Assembly: GCA_029552125.1 (NCBI GenBank)
Contig: JAKPEE010000128.1
Coordinates: 6,609 to 70,608 of the forward strand
Length of the DNA stretch: 64,000 nt
Source of the DNA: Bacillota bacterium
GTDB lineage: Bacteria > Bacillota > Dethiobacteria > DTU022
Reading direction: 5' to 3'
Position 1 is the stretch's first letter. Each line of letters starts with the position of its first letter. Both the position numbers and the translations under genes were made by a program. The notes beneath the pieces were generated by a model. The model saw only the letters and a program-made list of their open reading frames with translations. It was not told the DNA's origin and ran no database searches. Shown piece by piece: positions 53,244 to 63,230 of the stretch.

Positions 53244-55922
53244 GTGGAAACAGAGGCGCGCAAAAAATTATTGATCATTGACGGAAACAGCCTCATTTAC
53301 CGCGCTTTTTATGCCCTGCCGCCTTTGCAGAGCAGCCGCGGCGAGCATACCAATGCCACCTACGGTTTTACCAATATGCTGTTTAAATTGCTGGAGGATG
53401 AGAAGCCGCACTACCTGGTTGTGGCCATGGATCATCCGGCCCCCTCTTTTCGCCACGGGCTTTATGCAGAATACAAGGGCCACCGCGAAAAAACCCCCGA
53501 CGAGCTGCGCGAACAGGTGCAGCGCATCAGGGATATTCTCGAAGCGATGCGTGTAGCCGTCCTGGAAGTGGAGGGGTACGAGGCCGATGATATCATTGGC
53601 ACCCTGAGCGCCTTCGCCGGCAAGTCGCTCCTGGAAACCACGGTGGTTACCGGGGATGCGGATCTGCTGCAACTGGTGGGCGATGAAGGAGTCACGGTCA
53701 TGCTGACCCGCACGGGGATTACCCAGATGGACCGCTACGATCGGGGTAAACTGGCCGAGCGCTACGGCCTGGAACCGTGGCAAATGATCGATTACAAGGC
53801 CTTGAAAGGGGATCCCTCGGACAATATCCCCGGTGTCCCCGGCATCGGGGATAAGACAGCCCGCCGCCTGCTGCAGGAGTACGGCACCCTGGAGCGCCTT
53901 TATGAAAACCTGGACAAACTGGGCGGCAAGCTGCGGCAAAACCTGGAGCAGTATCGCGATCAGCTTTTTACCGGCCGCAGGCTGGTTTCCCTCTGCCGCG
54001 ATGTGCCCCTGACCTTTGCCTTGGAGCAGTATATCTTTGAGCCTGATTACCGCCGCCTGGCGGAGCTCTTTGCCGAGCTTGAATTTAAAAGCTTATCCGC
54101 CAGGGTGAGGGAGCTAATGCCTGAAGCTCCTTCCCGGGAGGCTGACATCTGCCTTAAGGGCGAGCCGGTTGCTTCCACCGCCGGCCTAGCCCGGCTGCTG
54201 GAGGAGCTTCAACCGGATAGCCTCCTGGTAGTGCTGGTGGAGCCGCCCGCCGGGCGCCCTTACTGGCGGGAGCCGCTGGCGGCTATCGCCCTGGCGCCGG
54301 GCGGTGAAAAAGGTTATTATTTAAACCTGGAAAAATTTGAACCCGGTGAAGAGGCCGCCTGGAAGGCCCTGGCCCGGGCCTGGGAGCGGGGGGTGACTGT
54401 CTGCTGCCACGACAGCAAGTATCTGGCCAACTACCTGCACGAGCGCGGGCTAAGGGAACCGTCCCGCGTCTTCGATATTCAACTGGCTGCTTATTTGCTG
54501 GATCCGGCCCGCAGCAGTTATGATTTGCCTTATTTATTTCAGCAGTACCTCAATCGCAAAGTGGCGGAAGAGGAAAAGGGCGGCCGTAAAGGGCCCCGGG
54601 ACCCGGAACAGGAAGGCTTGCGGCTGGCTTCCTGGGCCTGCAACATTATTGAATTAAAAGAAAGGCTGGAACAGAGCCTGGCGGAGCAATCACTGGATAA
54701 GCTCTACTACGACCTTGAACTGCCCCTGGCCGGGGTCCTGGCACGCATGGAGCGCCGGGGCATGGCCGTGGATTTGACGTTTTTACAAGACTATGCCGCG
54801 GAGATCCACAGCCGCCTCGAAACCCTGGAAGAGGAAATTTATCGTCTCGCCGGGGAGCGGTTTAACCTTAATTCTCCGCAGCAGCTTTCGGCCATTCTTT
54901 TTGAAAAGCTTAAGCTTCCGGTAGTGCGGAAAACCAAGACCGGCCTCTCTACTGACGCTAAAGTGCTGGAAGAGCTGGCACCGCGCCACGAAATCGTGGC
55001 GAAGATCCTCTACTACCGGCAACTGATTAAGCTGGAAGGAACTTACCTGTCCGGGCTGGCCCCGCTGGTGGATCCGGTCAAGAAAAAAATATTTACCACG
55101 CTGAATCAAACGGTCACCGCCACGGGTCGGCTGAGCAGCAGCGAGCCTAACCTGCAGAATATCCCCATTCGGATGGAAGAGGGGCGCCGGATCCGCCGTG
55201 CCTTTATCCCTTCACAAAAAGGGTATCTCTTTTTAACCGCCGATTACTCCCAGATTGAGCTGCGCGTCCTGGCCCATTTGTCCCAGGACCCCATCCTGGT
55301 GGAAGCGTTCCGCCAGGACGAGGATATCCACCGGCGCACCGCCGCCGAGGTTTTTGGCGTCCCCCCGGAAGAGGTTACTGAGGCCATGCGCAAGAAAGCC
55401 AAGGCGGTGAACTTCGGCATTATCTATGGCATCAGCGACTACGGCCTGGCCCAAAACCTGGGGGTTTCCCGCCAGGAGGCTCGCCGGTATATTGACAGCT
55501 ATTTCGAACGCTACCAGGGCGTAAAACAGTACGGGCGACAGGTTATCGAGCAGGCCCGCGAGTGCGGCTTTGTCACCACCCTGCTGTCGCGGCGCCGCTA
55601 CCTGCCGGAGCTGCGCTTGGCCCATTACGGGCAGCGCAGTTTTGCCGAGCGGATTGCCCGCAACACGCCGATCCAGGGATCGGCGGCAGATATCATCAAG
55701 CTGGCCATGCTGCGCATTGACGAGGTTATCCGCCAGGGCGGATTTAAGGCGGCCATGCTGCTGCAGATTCACGACGAGCTGCTCTTTGAACTACCAGAAG
55801 AAGAACTGCCCTTCTTTGCCCCCGTGCTCCGGCGGGAAATGGAGCAGGCCGTCAGCCTCAATGTACCCCTCAAGGTGGACCTGGAATGGGGCCGCAACTG
55901 GGATGAACTGCAGCCCCTTTAG
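53244..55922 (+). CDS. polA: DNA polymerase I
   Basis: 5' nuclease LLIIDGNSLIYRAFYA. Polymerase motifs DYSQIELRVLAH, KAVNFGIIYG, QIHDELLFE. GTG at 53244 is 9 nt after AAGGAG; ATG at 53205 is the alternative. Confidence 0.9.
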   Translation: METEARKKLLIIDGNSLIYRAFYALPPLQSSRGEHTNATYGFTNMLFKLLEDEKPHYLVVAMDHPAPSFRHGLYAEYKGHREKTPDELREQVQRIRDILEAMRVAVLEVEGYEADDIIGTLSAFAGKSLLETTVVTGDADLLQLVGDEGVTVMLTRTGITQMDRYDRGKLAERYGLEPWQMIDYKALKGDPSDNIPGVPGIGDKTARRLLQEYGTLERLYENLDKLGGKLRQNLEQYRDQLFTGRRLVSLCRDVPLTFALEQYIFEPDYRRLAELFAELEFKSLSARVRELMPEAPSREADICLKGEPVASTAGLARLLEELQPDSLLVVLVEPPAGRPYWREPLAAIALAPGGEKGYYLNLEKFEPGEEAAWKALARAWERGVTVCCHDSKYLANYLHERGLREPSRVFDIQLAAYLLDPARSSYDLPYLFQQYLNRKVAEEEKGGRKGPRDPEQEGLRLASWACNIIELKERLEQSLAEQSLDKLYYDLELPLAGVLARMERRGMAVDLTFLQDYAAEIHSRLETLEEEIYRLAGERFNLNSPQQLSAILFEKLKLPVVRKTKTGLSTDAKVLEELAPRHEIVAKILYYRQLIKLEGTYLSGLAPLVDPVKKKIFTTLNQTVTATGRLSSSEPNLQNIPIRMEEGRRIRRAFIPSQKGYLFLTADYSQIELRVLAHLSQDPILVEAFRQDEDIHRRTAAEVFGVPPEEVTEAMRKKAKAVNFGIIYGISDYGLAQNLGVSRQEARRYIDSYFERYQGVKQYGRQVIEQARECGFVTTLLSRRRYLPELRLAHYGQRSFAERIARNTPIQGSAADIIKLAMLRIDEVIRQGGFKAAMLLQIHDELLFELPEEELPFFAPVLRREMEQAVSLNVPLKVDLEWGRNWDELQPL

Positions 55923-55951
55923 CAGGCGCAGCGCGTTTAAGGAGATAAATT

Positions 55952-56794
55952 ATGCCTGAACTGCCGGAAGTGGAAACAATCAGGCGGGGCCTGGAGCCGC
56001 TGATCGTAAACAAGGTTTTCACCCGCCCCGTCTTGCTTTTCCCCGGTTCAATCCGCTACCCGGAGCCGGACCGGTTTTGTGAACAGTTGGAAGGCCGCCG
56101 CATTATTGCTTTAAAAAGGCATGGTAAATACCTGCTACTTGAGCTAAATTGCGGCCTTTTAGCCGTGCACCTGCGCATGACCGGACGCCTGGTGTACCTG
56201 GAGAAAGGCGGGCCGCCGTCCGGGCACCTGAGGGTGGTGCTGCCTTTCCAGGACGGCTCTCTTTTGTATTTTAGCGATATGCGCAAGTTTGGCGGCCTCT
56301 GGCTGCTGGATAATAAAGAAGATCTCTCTCCGGCGGGAATGCACCGCCTCGGGCCTGATATCTATGAGCAGGTCACGGAGGAGGAATTTCTGGAGCTATT
56401 GCAAAAAAGGCCGCGGTCGCGGCTAAAGCCCCTTTTGCTGGATCAGTTCTTCGTGGCCGGGCTGGGCAATATCTACGTGGATGAAAGTCTCCACCGCTGC
56501 CGCCTCCATCCCTGCCGGGAAGCGGGATCCCTTTCGCGGGAAGAGGGCAAGGCCCTGTTCCGGGCCATCCGGGAAGTTCTGGAGGAAGGCATTCGCTGCG
56601 GGGGGACCACTTCCCGCGACTACCGGGACGCCCGGGGAGAGAAGGGCACCTTCCAGGAGCAACTGGCTGTTTACGGCCGCAAGGGGAGCCCCTGCCGCTG
56701 CGGGACGGCCATTGAGCGCATCGTGGTGGCGGGAAGGGGAACCTATTACTGCCCGCGGTGCCAGGCGGAGAAGAGGGGAGACGGTAGGCAGTAG
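55952..56794 (+). CDS. mutM: formamidopyrimidine-DNA glycosylase
   Basis: MPELPEVE, and a C-terminal Zn finger CRCG...CPRCQ. Confidence 0.9.
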   Translation: MPELPEVETIRRGLEPLIVNKVFTRPVLLFPGSIRYPEPDRFCEQLEGRRIIALKRHGKYLLLELNCGLLAVHLRMTGRLVYLEKGGPPSGHLRVVLPFQDGSLLYFSDMRKFGGLWLLDNKEDLSPAGMHRLGPDIYEQVTEEEFLELLQKRPRSRLKPLLLDQFFVAGLGNIYVDESLHRCRLHPCREAGSLSREEGKALFRAIREVLEEGIRCGGTTSRDYRDARGEKGTFQEQLAVYGRKGSPCRCGTAIERIVVAGRGTYYCPRCQAEKRGDGRQ

Positions 56795-56853
56795 TTAGAA
56801 TCGCAGGGGTACGGATCTGCTCGACAGAGAGAAATGCCGGCCGGGCTTAGATA

Positions 56854-56891
56854 CTCCCTCCCCCCTGGAGGGGGAGGGCCGGGTGAGGGGG
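56854..56891 (-). repeat. REP-like repeat (divergent copy)
   Basis: CTCCCTCCCCCCTGGAGGGGGAGGGCCGGGTGAGGGGG. Confidence 0.6.
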
Positions 56892-57027
56892 CGTAAGGGC
56901 CATTATCCCTGCGCCATAAGCGGCAACTATATTGGGGGCAAGATTTTTTTCTTCGCCTCGTGCCATGAATGCAATCCGGCCCGGCAGTATGTTTTTGCAT
57001 ATTCGGGGGCAGGGAGGGGCTGCTTTT

Positions 57028-57067
57028 CCCCCTCTCCCTAACCCTCTCCCACCAGGGGAGAGGGAAT
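57028..57067 (+). repeat. REP-like repeat
   Basis: Identical 40-mer to 41088..41127. Similarity continues into ..(T)GCCGGGTT. Confidence 0.8.
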
Positions 57068-57251
57068 TGCCGGGTTGGCAGATGGGATATTTTCTCTCCC
57101 CCATGGTCGGGCTGAGATAATTAAAACCGGCTTTAAAGCTCCCTCCTTGAGCATAGTGCCGGGCGCCGGGAGTAATTGGCCTGTAGAATCACAGGATCAG
57201 CTCTGCCTCCATATGATAAAAGGGCAAGATAGTACATAGGAGGCAGATCGA

Positions 57252-57884
57252 TTGCTCTTCGGTGTGGTGTGGCTGCTGGCCGTGGCCGTAAGTATTGACG
57301 GCTTCAGTGCCGGTTTATCCTGCGGCCTGCGCAAACTGGTTATCCCTTTGCCCTCCCTGCTGGTGATCTGCTGCTCTTCGGCGACGGCGGTGGGAATATC
57401 GATGCTGCTGGGCAGCGGCGTGGCGCAACTGCTGCCGGTGCAGCATGGGGCCGCCTTTGGGAGCGGCTTATTGATCTTAATCGGACTTTATGTTACCCTG
57501 CAAAATATAATTGAACCACGGCGGGAATCCTCACCGCCGGAGCAGGAGCGGAAGCACGGTATACTGCGGTCTATAGCAGCCCTGCTGCGCCGCCCTGAAG
57601 ACGCCGACCTGGATCGCTCGGGAACCCTCAGTATCAAAGAAGCGCTGCTTTTGGGCGCCGCCCTGGCCGCGGACGCTTTTGGGGCCGGGTTTGGCGCAGC
57701 GATGATTGGAGCACCGCTGCTGTTTACCGTTTTGGCCGTGGGACTGGTTAAGCTGATCCTGGTACCCCTGGGAGTGCTGGCCGGGAGGCTGCTGGCTAAC
57801 GGCTTTGCCCTGAAACATCCCGGGCTGCTGGGCGGCATCCTCCTGGTAGTGATCGGAGCCCTGTCATTTTTACTGGAGAGGTAA
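57252..57884 (+). CDS. ytaF: sporulation membrane protein YtaF (MntP-like)
   Basis: A TTG lies 8 nt after AGGAGG. AVAVSIDGFSAG, with a repeat ..ALAADAFGAG. It sits between mutM and coaE as in B. subtilis. Confidence 0.75.
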   Translation: MLFGVVWLLAVAVSIDGFSAGLSCGLRKLVIPLPSLLVICCSSATAVGISMLLGSGVAQLLPVQHGAAFGSGLLILIGLYVTLQNIIEPRRESSPPEQERKHGILRSIAALLRRPEDADLDRSGTLSIKEALLLGAALAADAFGAGFGAAMIGAPLLFTVLAVGLVKLILVPLGVLAGRLLANGFALKHPGLLGGILLVVIGALSFLLER

Positions 57885-57888
57885 GCAT

Positions 57889-58497
57889 ATGCTGGTTATC
57901 GGCTTGACCGGAGGAATCGCTACGGGCAAAAGCACCGTGGCGGCCCTCATGGCGGAAAAGGGAGCGGTTATCCTCGATGCGGATCGCATTGCCAGGGAAG
58001 TGGTGGAGCCGGGCAAGCCGGCCTGGCATGAGATCGTGGCCTGGCAGGGGCCAGGCATTTTACGCGGGGACGGCTCCATCAATCGCGAGCGGCTGGGCCG
58101 CATTGTTTTTAACAATGCGGCGGAGCGGCAAAAATTAAACCGCATCATTCACCCCAGGGTGGCGCAGGAAATGGCGGCACGCACCGCCCAAATCCGGCAA
58201 TCCGGCAGCGAGGCGGTGCTGGTTTATGACGTGCCCCTGCTTATTGAGGCGGGCCTGCACCGCTCCGTTGACCTGGTAGTGCTGGTTTACGCCAGGCCGG
58301 AAGTACAGCTTCAACGCCTGCAACAGCGGGACAACCTTTCCCGTGAAGAAGCGCTGGCGCGCATACAGGCCCAGATGCCCCTGGAAGAGAAGAAAAAGCA
58401 CGCACACTTCATCATTGATAACAGCGGCTCCCCGGAGGATACCGCGATCCAGGTGGACCGGCTCTGGCCTAAAATTATTCTTCAAGGCGCTGAATAA
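57889..58497 (+). CDS. coaE: dephospho-CoA kinase
   Basis: IGLTGGIATGKST, LDADRIA, VPLL.E. Confidence 0.9.
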   Translation: MLVIGLTGGIATGKSTVAALMAEKGAVILDADRIAREVVEPGKPAWHEIVAWQGPGILRGDGSINRERLGRIVFNNAAERQKLNRIIHPRVAQEMAARTAQIRQSGSEAVLVYDVPLLIEAGLHRSVDLVVLVYARPEVQLQRLQQRDNLSREEALARIQAQMPLEEKKKHAHFIIDNSGSPEDTAIQVDRLWPKIILQGAE

Positions 58498-58529
58498 AAA
58501 CTGTAGCCGGAACATAAATCTTAAAGCGC

Positions 58530-59144
58530 ATGAAAAGATGGAAAGGCACGAAGAATTTGTTTAAACGATTATTTTACATGATCCTTTTCCTGATCGCTTT
58601 TCTTACAGTTTGTTATCTGCTGGACAGCCCTCACCTGGCCAGGCTGTTTTACCCCTTCCATTACCGGGAGCAAATTCACTCTTCCGCGGCGGCCCATAAC
58701 CTCGATCCCCTGCTTGTGGCAGCGGTTATTTATATAGAAAGCGGGTTCAGGCCCCACGCCGAATCCAGCCGGGGCGCCCGCGGCCTGATGCAGGTGATGC
58801 CCACCACCGCCGAGTGGGTGGCAGAGCGCAGCGGCATGGCCTATGCCCCGGAAATGCTGCTTGATCCGGCCTATAATATTGAGATTGGCTGCTGGTACCT
58901 GGCCGATTTGCTAAAGCTTTTTGACGGGAACATTGTTGTAGCCCTGGCCGCATACAACGGCGGCCGTGCCGCGGTGGGCCGCTGGCTGGAGCAGGGCATC
59001 TGGGACGGCAGCGAATCCCGGCTGGAGCAAATACCATTTAGTGAAACCCGCCATTTTGTGCGGCGGGTCCTGGAGACCTATGCCAAGTACCAGGAAATTT
59101 ACCATAACGAGGAGGCAAATTATGCATACTGTAACACTCATTAG
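58530..59144 (+). CDS. membrane-anchored lytic transglycosylase (SLT domain)
   Basis: N-terminal TM helix. [20 protein letters not shown]..., AYNGG. Confidence 0.8.
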   Translation: MKRWKGTKNLFKRLFYMILFLIAFLTVCYLLDSPHLARLFYPFHYREQIHSSAAAHNLDPLLVAAVIYIESGFRPHAESSRGARGLMQVMPTTAEWVAERSGMAYAPEMLLDPAYNIEIGCWYLADLLKLFDGNIVVALAAYNGGRAAVGRWLEQGIWDGSESRLEQIPFSETRHFVRRVLETYAKYQEIYHNEEANYAYCNTH

Positions 59145-60126
59145 AGGAGACGGGGTCGGCCCGGAAATCAGTGAAGCCACCCTCACTGTCCTGGAGGCGA
59201 CAGGAGTAAAAATTGCCTGGGAAGAGGCGATTGCCGGCCAGGAGGCCCTGGATAAATACGGCACGCCGCTGCCCGAGGCAACAGTGGAATCAATTAGAAA
59301 AAACAAGGTCGGCCTGAAAGGGCCGCTGACAACCCCCGTAGGCTCGGGCTTTCGCAGCGTCAACGTGGCCCTGCGCAAGGCGCTGGATCTATATGTCAAT
59401 TTGCGCCCGGCCAGGAGCTGGCCCGGTATAAATTCGCCGTTTAAAGAGATTGATCTGGTGGTGGTGCGGGAAAACACCGAAGATCTCTATGCCGGCGTGG
59501 AGCACATGGTCGGAAACGATGCGGCGGAAAGTATTAAGATTATAACCCGGCAGGCCTCAGAGCGGGTGGTTCGCTTCGCCTTTGAATATGCGCTGAAACA
59601 TGGCCGTAAAAAAGTGACCGCCGTCCATAAGGCCAATATTTTAAAACTAAGCGACGGCCTTTTCCTGGAAACAGCACGCCAGGTGGCGGAAGGCTATCCG
59701 GCGGTGGAATTTGAGGATCGCATCGTTGACAATATGGCCATGCAGTTGGTGCAAAAACCACACCTTTATGATGTGCTGGTCATGCCCAATCTTTACGGGG
59801 ATATCCTTTCCGATCTCTGTGCGGGGCTGGTCGGCGGCCTGGGCATGGCCCCGGGCGCCAATATCGGGGATAATGCCGCGGTGTTCGAACCGGTGCATGG
59901 CAGCGCCCCCAAGTATAGAGGCGCCAACAAGGTTAACCCGGCAGCGATGATCCTCTCGGCTGTGTTGATGTTAAGGCACCTGGGCGAGATGGAGGCTGCC
60001 GCGCGGATAGAAGCAGCGCTGAAAGCTGTGCTTGAAGAAGGCCGCGCTGTTACTTATGACCTGGGCGGCAGTGCCGGCACGCAGGAGATGGCCGGGGCCA
60101 TCGCCGCACGAATTAAAGCCGGATAA
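59122..60126 (+). CDS. isocitrate/isopropylmalate dehydrogenase family enzyme, NAD-IDH-like (334 aa)
   Basis: ATG lies after [57 protein letters not shown]. Its 5' end overlaps the SLT gene by 23 nt. Confidence 0.75.
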   Translation: MHTVTLIRGDGVGPEISEATLTVLEATGVKIAWEEAIAGQEALDKYGTPLPEATVESIRKNKVGLKGPLTTPVGSGFRSVNVALRKALDLYVNLRPARSWPGINSPFKEIDLVVVRENTEDLYAGVEHMVGNDAAESIKIITRQASERVVRFAFEYALKHGRKKVTAVHKANILKLSDGLFLETARQVAEGYPAVEFEDRIVDNMAMQLVQKPHLYDVLVMPNLYGDILSDLCAGLVGGLGMAPGANIGDNAAVFEPVHGSAPKYRGANKVNPAAMILSAVLMLRHLGEMEAAARIEAALKAVLEEGRAVTYDLGGSAGTQEMAGAIAARIKAG

Positions 60127-60135
60127 TCCATGTTC

Positions 60136-60173
60136 TAAAAAGCCTCCCGCGTTCGCGCGCTACGCGGGAGGCT
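60136..60173 (-). terminator. hairpin terminator, U-run on the minus strand (may also stop the + strand gene)
   Basis: AGCCTCCCGCG-(11 nt)-CGCGGGAGGCT, preceded on the + strand by AAAAA. Confidence 0.65.
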
Positions 60174-60253
60174 CCCCGACCCTTATGTGCCGGTGGCAGG
60201 CAGCGGTTCAAATCATGGTAGTGTATCCTTCAGGCTCAAAAGTCTGCTATTTT

Positions 60254-60445
60254 CTAAAGCAGCGGGGCGTCGTCATTAAAGGTAAATGTTGATTTGCGAT
60301 CCTTCAGGGGCTCGAACTCGTTCGACTTTCTGTTCCCTGGAAGCTCCACTCCCAGTTCACGGGCAATTTCTTCGCGGTATTTTTCCAGTTTCATTTTGTC
60401 GATATTCTTTTTTTGCTTCCGCCCCTTGTTAAATTTCTTGGCCAC
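60254..60445 (-). CDS. small basic protein (63 aa) with distant similarity to helix 1 of alpha/beta-type SASPs
   Basis: A GTG start lies 6 nt after AAGGAGGG, and the gene has its own terminator. NIDKMKLEKYREEIARELGVELPG is compared with the SASP IDQMKLEIASEFGVNLG recalled from memory. Confidence 0.5.
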   Translation of the reverse strand: MAKKFNKGRKQKKNIDKMKLEKYREEIARELGVELPGNRKSNEFEPLKDRKSTFTFNDDAPLL

Positions 60446-60574
60446 ATTTCACCCTCCTTTCCTCGTGCTTTCAAGATTATTTTTTCCCGGTAACGGCCTC
60501 TTATCCCCCGCCCCTGCATAATTTTCCGCCAAAATCTGCAAACTATAGGCAAAATCATAACGGAGTGATAAACC

Positions 60575-60712
60575 ATGAATGACCGGGATGAAAGCAGGTT
60601 GCTGAGCCTGGGGCATGCCGCGATAAAGTATGGGGCCTGGCTGGTCGGCCTGATCGTGGTTTTATATTTCCTCTCCCGGCATCTGTTCCCGTTTATTCAA
60701 TCGCTGTTTTAA
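60575..60712 (+). CDS. possible 45-aa single-TM peptide
   Basis: ATG lies after ACGGAGTGA. MNDRDESRLL..AWLVGLIVVLYFL. It is below the ORF-track cutoff. Confidence 0.3.
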   Translation: MNDRDESRLLSLGHAAIKYGAWLVGLIVVLYFLSRHLFPFIQSLF

Positions 60713-60815
60713 GCAAGGCTGCAGCGAGGTTATTTTGTTTTAAAATTTAGTTTTCAAATAAAAGGCAGCGCCGGGGAAGGCTCTGCCGGATTAAATGGAA
60801 AGGAGGGGTCCTTTA

Positions 60816-60995
60816 GTGATGACCACGTTTCATGTCATCCATATCGTGGTGGGATTATGGCTGGCCCTGGTGAATATGACCAATGTTTTGAGCGACACAA
60901 CACTGGCTTGGAATAATTTTATTCTGGGGCTGGTTGTGGCTGTGTACAACCTTTACTATCTCTTCGCCCGCAAGAATGTGGATGTCCAGTCTTGA
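60816..60995 (+). CDS. small two-TM membrane protein
   Basis: GTG/ATG at 60816/60819 lies after AGGAGGGG. There are two hydrophobic helices. A terminator follows. Confidence 0.5.
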   Translation: MMTTFHVIHIVVGLWLALVNMTNVLSDTTLAWNNFILGLVVAVYNLYYLFARKNVDVQS

Positions 60996-61020
60996 AGCGG
61001 TTTTGCCGGAAATGGTGCCA

Positions 61021-61050
61021 TCAGAGGGCCCTCGCCAGGGGGCCCTCTGA
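61021..61050 (+). terminator. hairpin terminator candidate
   Basis: TCAGAGGGCC-(10 nt)-GGCCCTCTGA. Confidence 0.5.
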
Positions 61051-61138
61051 TTGTCTGTAGAGGGTAATTTTTATCCGGACAAGGATTAACCGGCCGGGCT
61101 GTAGAATACTTCCAAAAGTGCGCTCCGGAGGTGTTTTT

Positions 61139-61975
61139 ATGCGCGTGGCCGCTCTCTCCCTGGCCGGAATTGACACGGGCAGCCTGGCGCGATACCGGCA
61201 GGATTTATCCGCCCTGTTAAAACAGGCGCAGGCCGCCCTGGCGGTTCTGCCGGCCCATACCGCCCTGAAGCTTTATTACGGATCGACCGGCCCGGGCGAT
61301 TCTGACTTTGCCCGCGCTTTTCTGAAGTTTATGGAAAAGGCGCAGGCATGGAATGATACTTATTTAAACCTTCATGCGGATCTGGCCAAAAGCTTGCAGA
61401 TTACCCTGGCCGCGGGAACCACGGTGGAAGAATGCGGCGGGCTTTTTTATCAGACCGCATATTGTTTCGGCCCCGAAGGCGATCTTTGCGCTGCCCAGCG
61501 CCAGACGCATCTTTCCCGGGAAGAGCGCCTTTTGGGGCTCAGCCGGGGGGAAGATCTGGCTCTCTTTGACTGCGGTCCACTCAAGGCCGGCATTGCCGCC
61601 GGCACCGATGCTTACCATCCCGAAGTTGGCCGGATTTTCGCCCTGCAGGGGGCGGACCTGGTGATCCACGCCGGGGCGCTGCCGGGAGCAGCAAACTGCC
61701 GGCGCCAGGCGGCGGGAATGTGGGCCCAGGTGCAGCAGAATCATTTTTGGGCGGTGGAGGCGCAGCTTTACGGAAATCTTTGCGGCCGCTTTTTTGGCGG
61801 CGAATGCTGTATTATCGGCCCCTGCGAGGTTACCGGCGATCTGAGCGGCTTCCTCTGCCGTGCCGTCCCCTCTGCACCGGCCGCCACGGCGGAGCTTGAC
61901 GAGTCAGCCCGGCAGCGGCTCCGGCAAATTTACCCCCTCCTGGATTTGCTCCATCCGGAAGCATACGAAGCCTGA
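61139..61975 (+). CDS. carbon-nitrogen hydrolase (nitrilase-superfamily) paralog lacking the Glu-Lys-Cys triad
   Basis: It is collinear with the CN-hydrolase fold, but the expected motifs read LPAH (not FPE), RQTHL (not RK.HL) and GIAAGTDAYHPE (not G..IC.D..FPE). Confidence 0.55.
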   Translation: MRVAALSLAGIDTGSLARYRQDLSALLKQAQAALAVLPAHTALKLYYGSTGPGDSDFARAFLKFMEKAQAWNDTYLNLHADLAKSLQITLAAGTTVEECGGLFYQTAYCFGPEGDLCAAQRQTHLSREERLLGLSRGEDLALFDCGPLKAGIAAGTDAYHPEVGRIFALQGADLVIHAGALPGAANCRRQAAGMWAQVQQNHFWAVEAQLYGNLCGRFFGGECCIIGPCEVTGDLSGFLCRAVPSAPAATAELDESARQRLRQIYPLLDLLHPEAYEA

Positions 61976-62002
61976 CCCTGGCGCGAGAAAGGAGGCATGC
62001 CC

Positions 62003-63106
62003 ATGGCTTTGGACGGTTGGAAAGAGAGGCTATTTCGGCGCTATCTATTTTGGGCTTGCCGGCCCGCACGGGTGCGCAGGATCTTGCCGCGGCCGGGAGC
62101 GGTGCCCGCCGCCAGGCATTTTCCCAAAAACCGCGTCAGGGCTGCAGCCTTGCAACTGGAGTTGAAACTTTTTCGCCACCCCATGGATTACGTGGAGGAG
62201 ATGCACCGCCGGGTTAAAGAAGCTGCGGCGGAGGGAGCGCAGCTCGTTGCCTTTCCGGAAATGAACAACTTGCAGCTTTTGGGGATGCTGCCGGGCATTG
62301 AGCAGGCCGGTGCGGCGGCGGCTGCCGCGGAGCCGGCAGCGGCGGGCGGCGAAGCCAGGGGTGGCGGCGGCATTACCCTGGCTGATGTCATTTTTTACGC
62401 CGGTCCGGCGATGGAACCGCTGCTAAAAGCCACCTTTTCTACCCTGGCTGCGGCGTACGGCCTCTACATAATGGCCGGCAGCTTCCTTCTGCCTGACGGA
62501 GAAAAGATGGTCAACCGGGCCATGCTGTTCGGCCCCGGCGGTGAGTTGATCGGCACCCAGGACAAGGTGCACTGGACCCTGCTGGAAAAAGAATGGGGGG
62601 TTTCCCGCGGCAGGCGCTTTAATATTTTTGATACCGCGGCAGGCAGGCTGGCCATGCCGGTATGCATGGACGCCACTTATTTTGAAACTTTCCGCCTCCT
62701 GGAGCGCAGGGGAGCGGAAGTGGTGATCATCCCCATTGCCAACCCCGAGCCCTACAACTACTGGCTGGCCCTCAGGGGGATCTGGCCCAGGGTCCAGGAA
62801 AGCCCGGTATACGGGATCAAAAGCGCGCTGGTAGGCCGGCTGCTGGGGTTTGAATTAACCGGCCGGGCCGGAATTTTCGCCCCCCTGGAGCTGACTTCCG
62901 ACGGCAGCGGCGTGCTGGCGGAGGTGGAATCTTTCGATGCGGAGGGGATGGCCGTGGCCGACCTGGATCTGGAGGCTTTGCGAGAGTTGCGCGCAAACCA
63001 TCCCTGGCGCGACAGCAATGAAACCCTATATCGCCGCTATTTCCCCGGGATTTATAAAGCCGTGGGGGCTGCGGCGCGCGGCTCCGGCAGCCGCTCCCGG
63101 GCCTGA
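62003..63106 (+). CDS. carbon-nitrogen hydrolase family enzyme (triad intact)
   Basis: LVAFPEMN (Glu), QDKVHW (Lys), AMPVCMDATYFE (Cys). It has an Ala/Gly-rich insertion, GAAAAAAEPAAAGGEARGGGG. Confidence 0.7.
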   Translation: MALDGWKERLFRRYLFWACRPARVRRILPRPGAVPAARHFPKNRVRAAALQLELKLFRHPMDYVEEMHRRVKEAAAEGAQLVAFPEMNNLQLLGMLPGIEQAGAAAAAAEPAAAGGEARGGGGITLADVIFYAGPAMEPLLKATFSTLAAAYGLYIMAGSFLLPDGEKMVNRAMLFGPGGELIGTQDKVHWTLLEKEWGVSRGRRFNIFDTAAGRLAMPVCMDATYFETFRLLERRGAEVVIIPIANPEPYNYWLALRGIWPRVQESPVYGIKSALVGRLLGFELTGRAGIFAPLELTSDGSGVLAEVESFDAEGMAVADLDLEALRELRANHPWRDSNETLYRRYFPGIYKAVGAAARGSGSRSRA

Positions 63107-63230
63107 TTTTAGTCAATCCATTTTTTCGGGCAAGCCCCTTTCTGCTGGCGGAAAACTTGAGCGGGAGAAGGGACACTGGCCGGGTAAATCAATAAAACTA
63201 CTAAAAATCATATGGTAAAGGTGATGCTCC

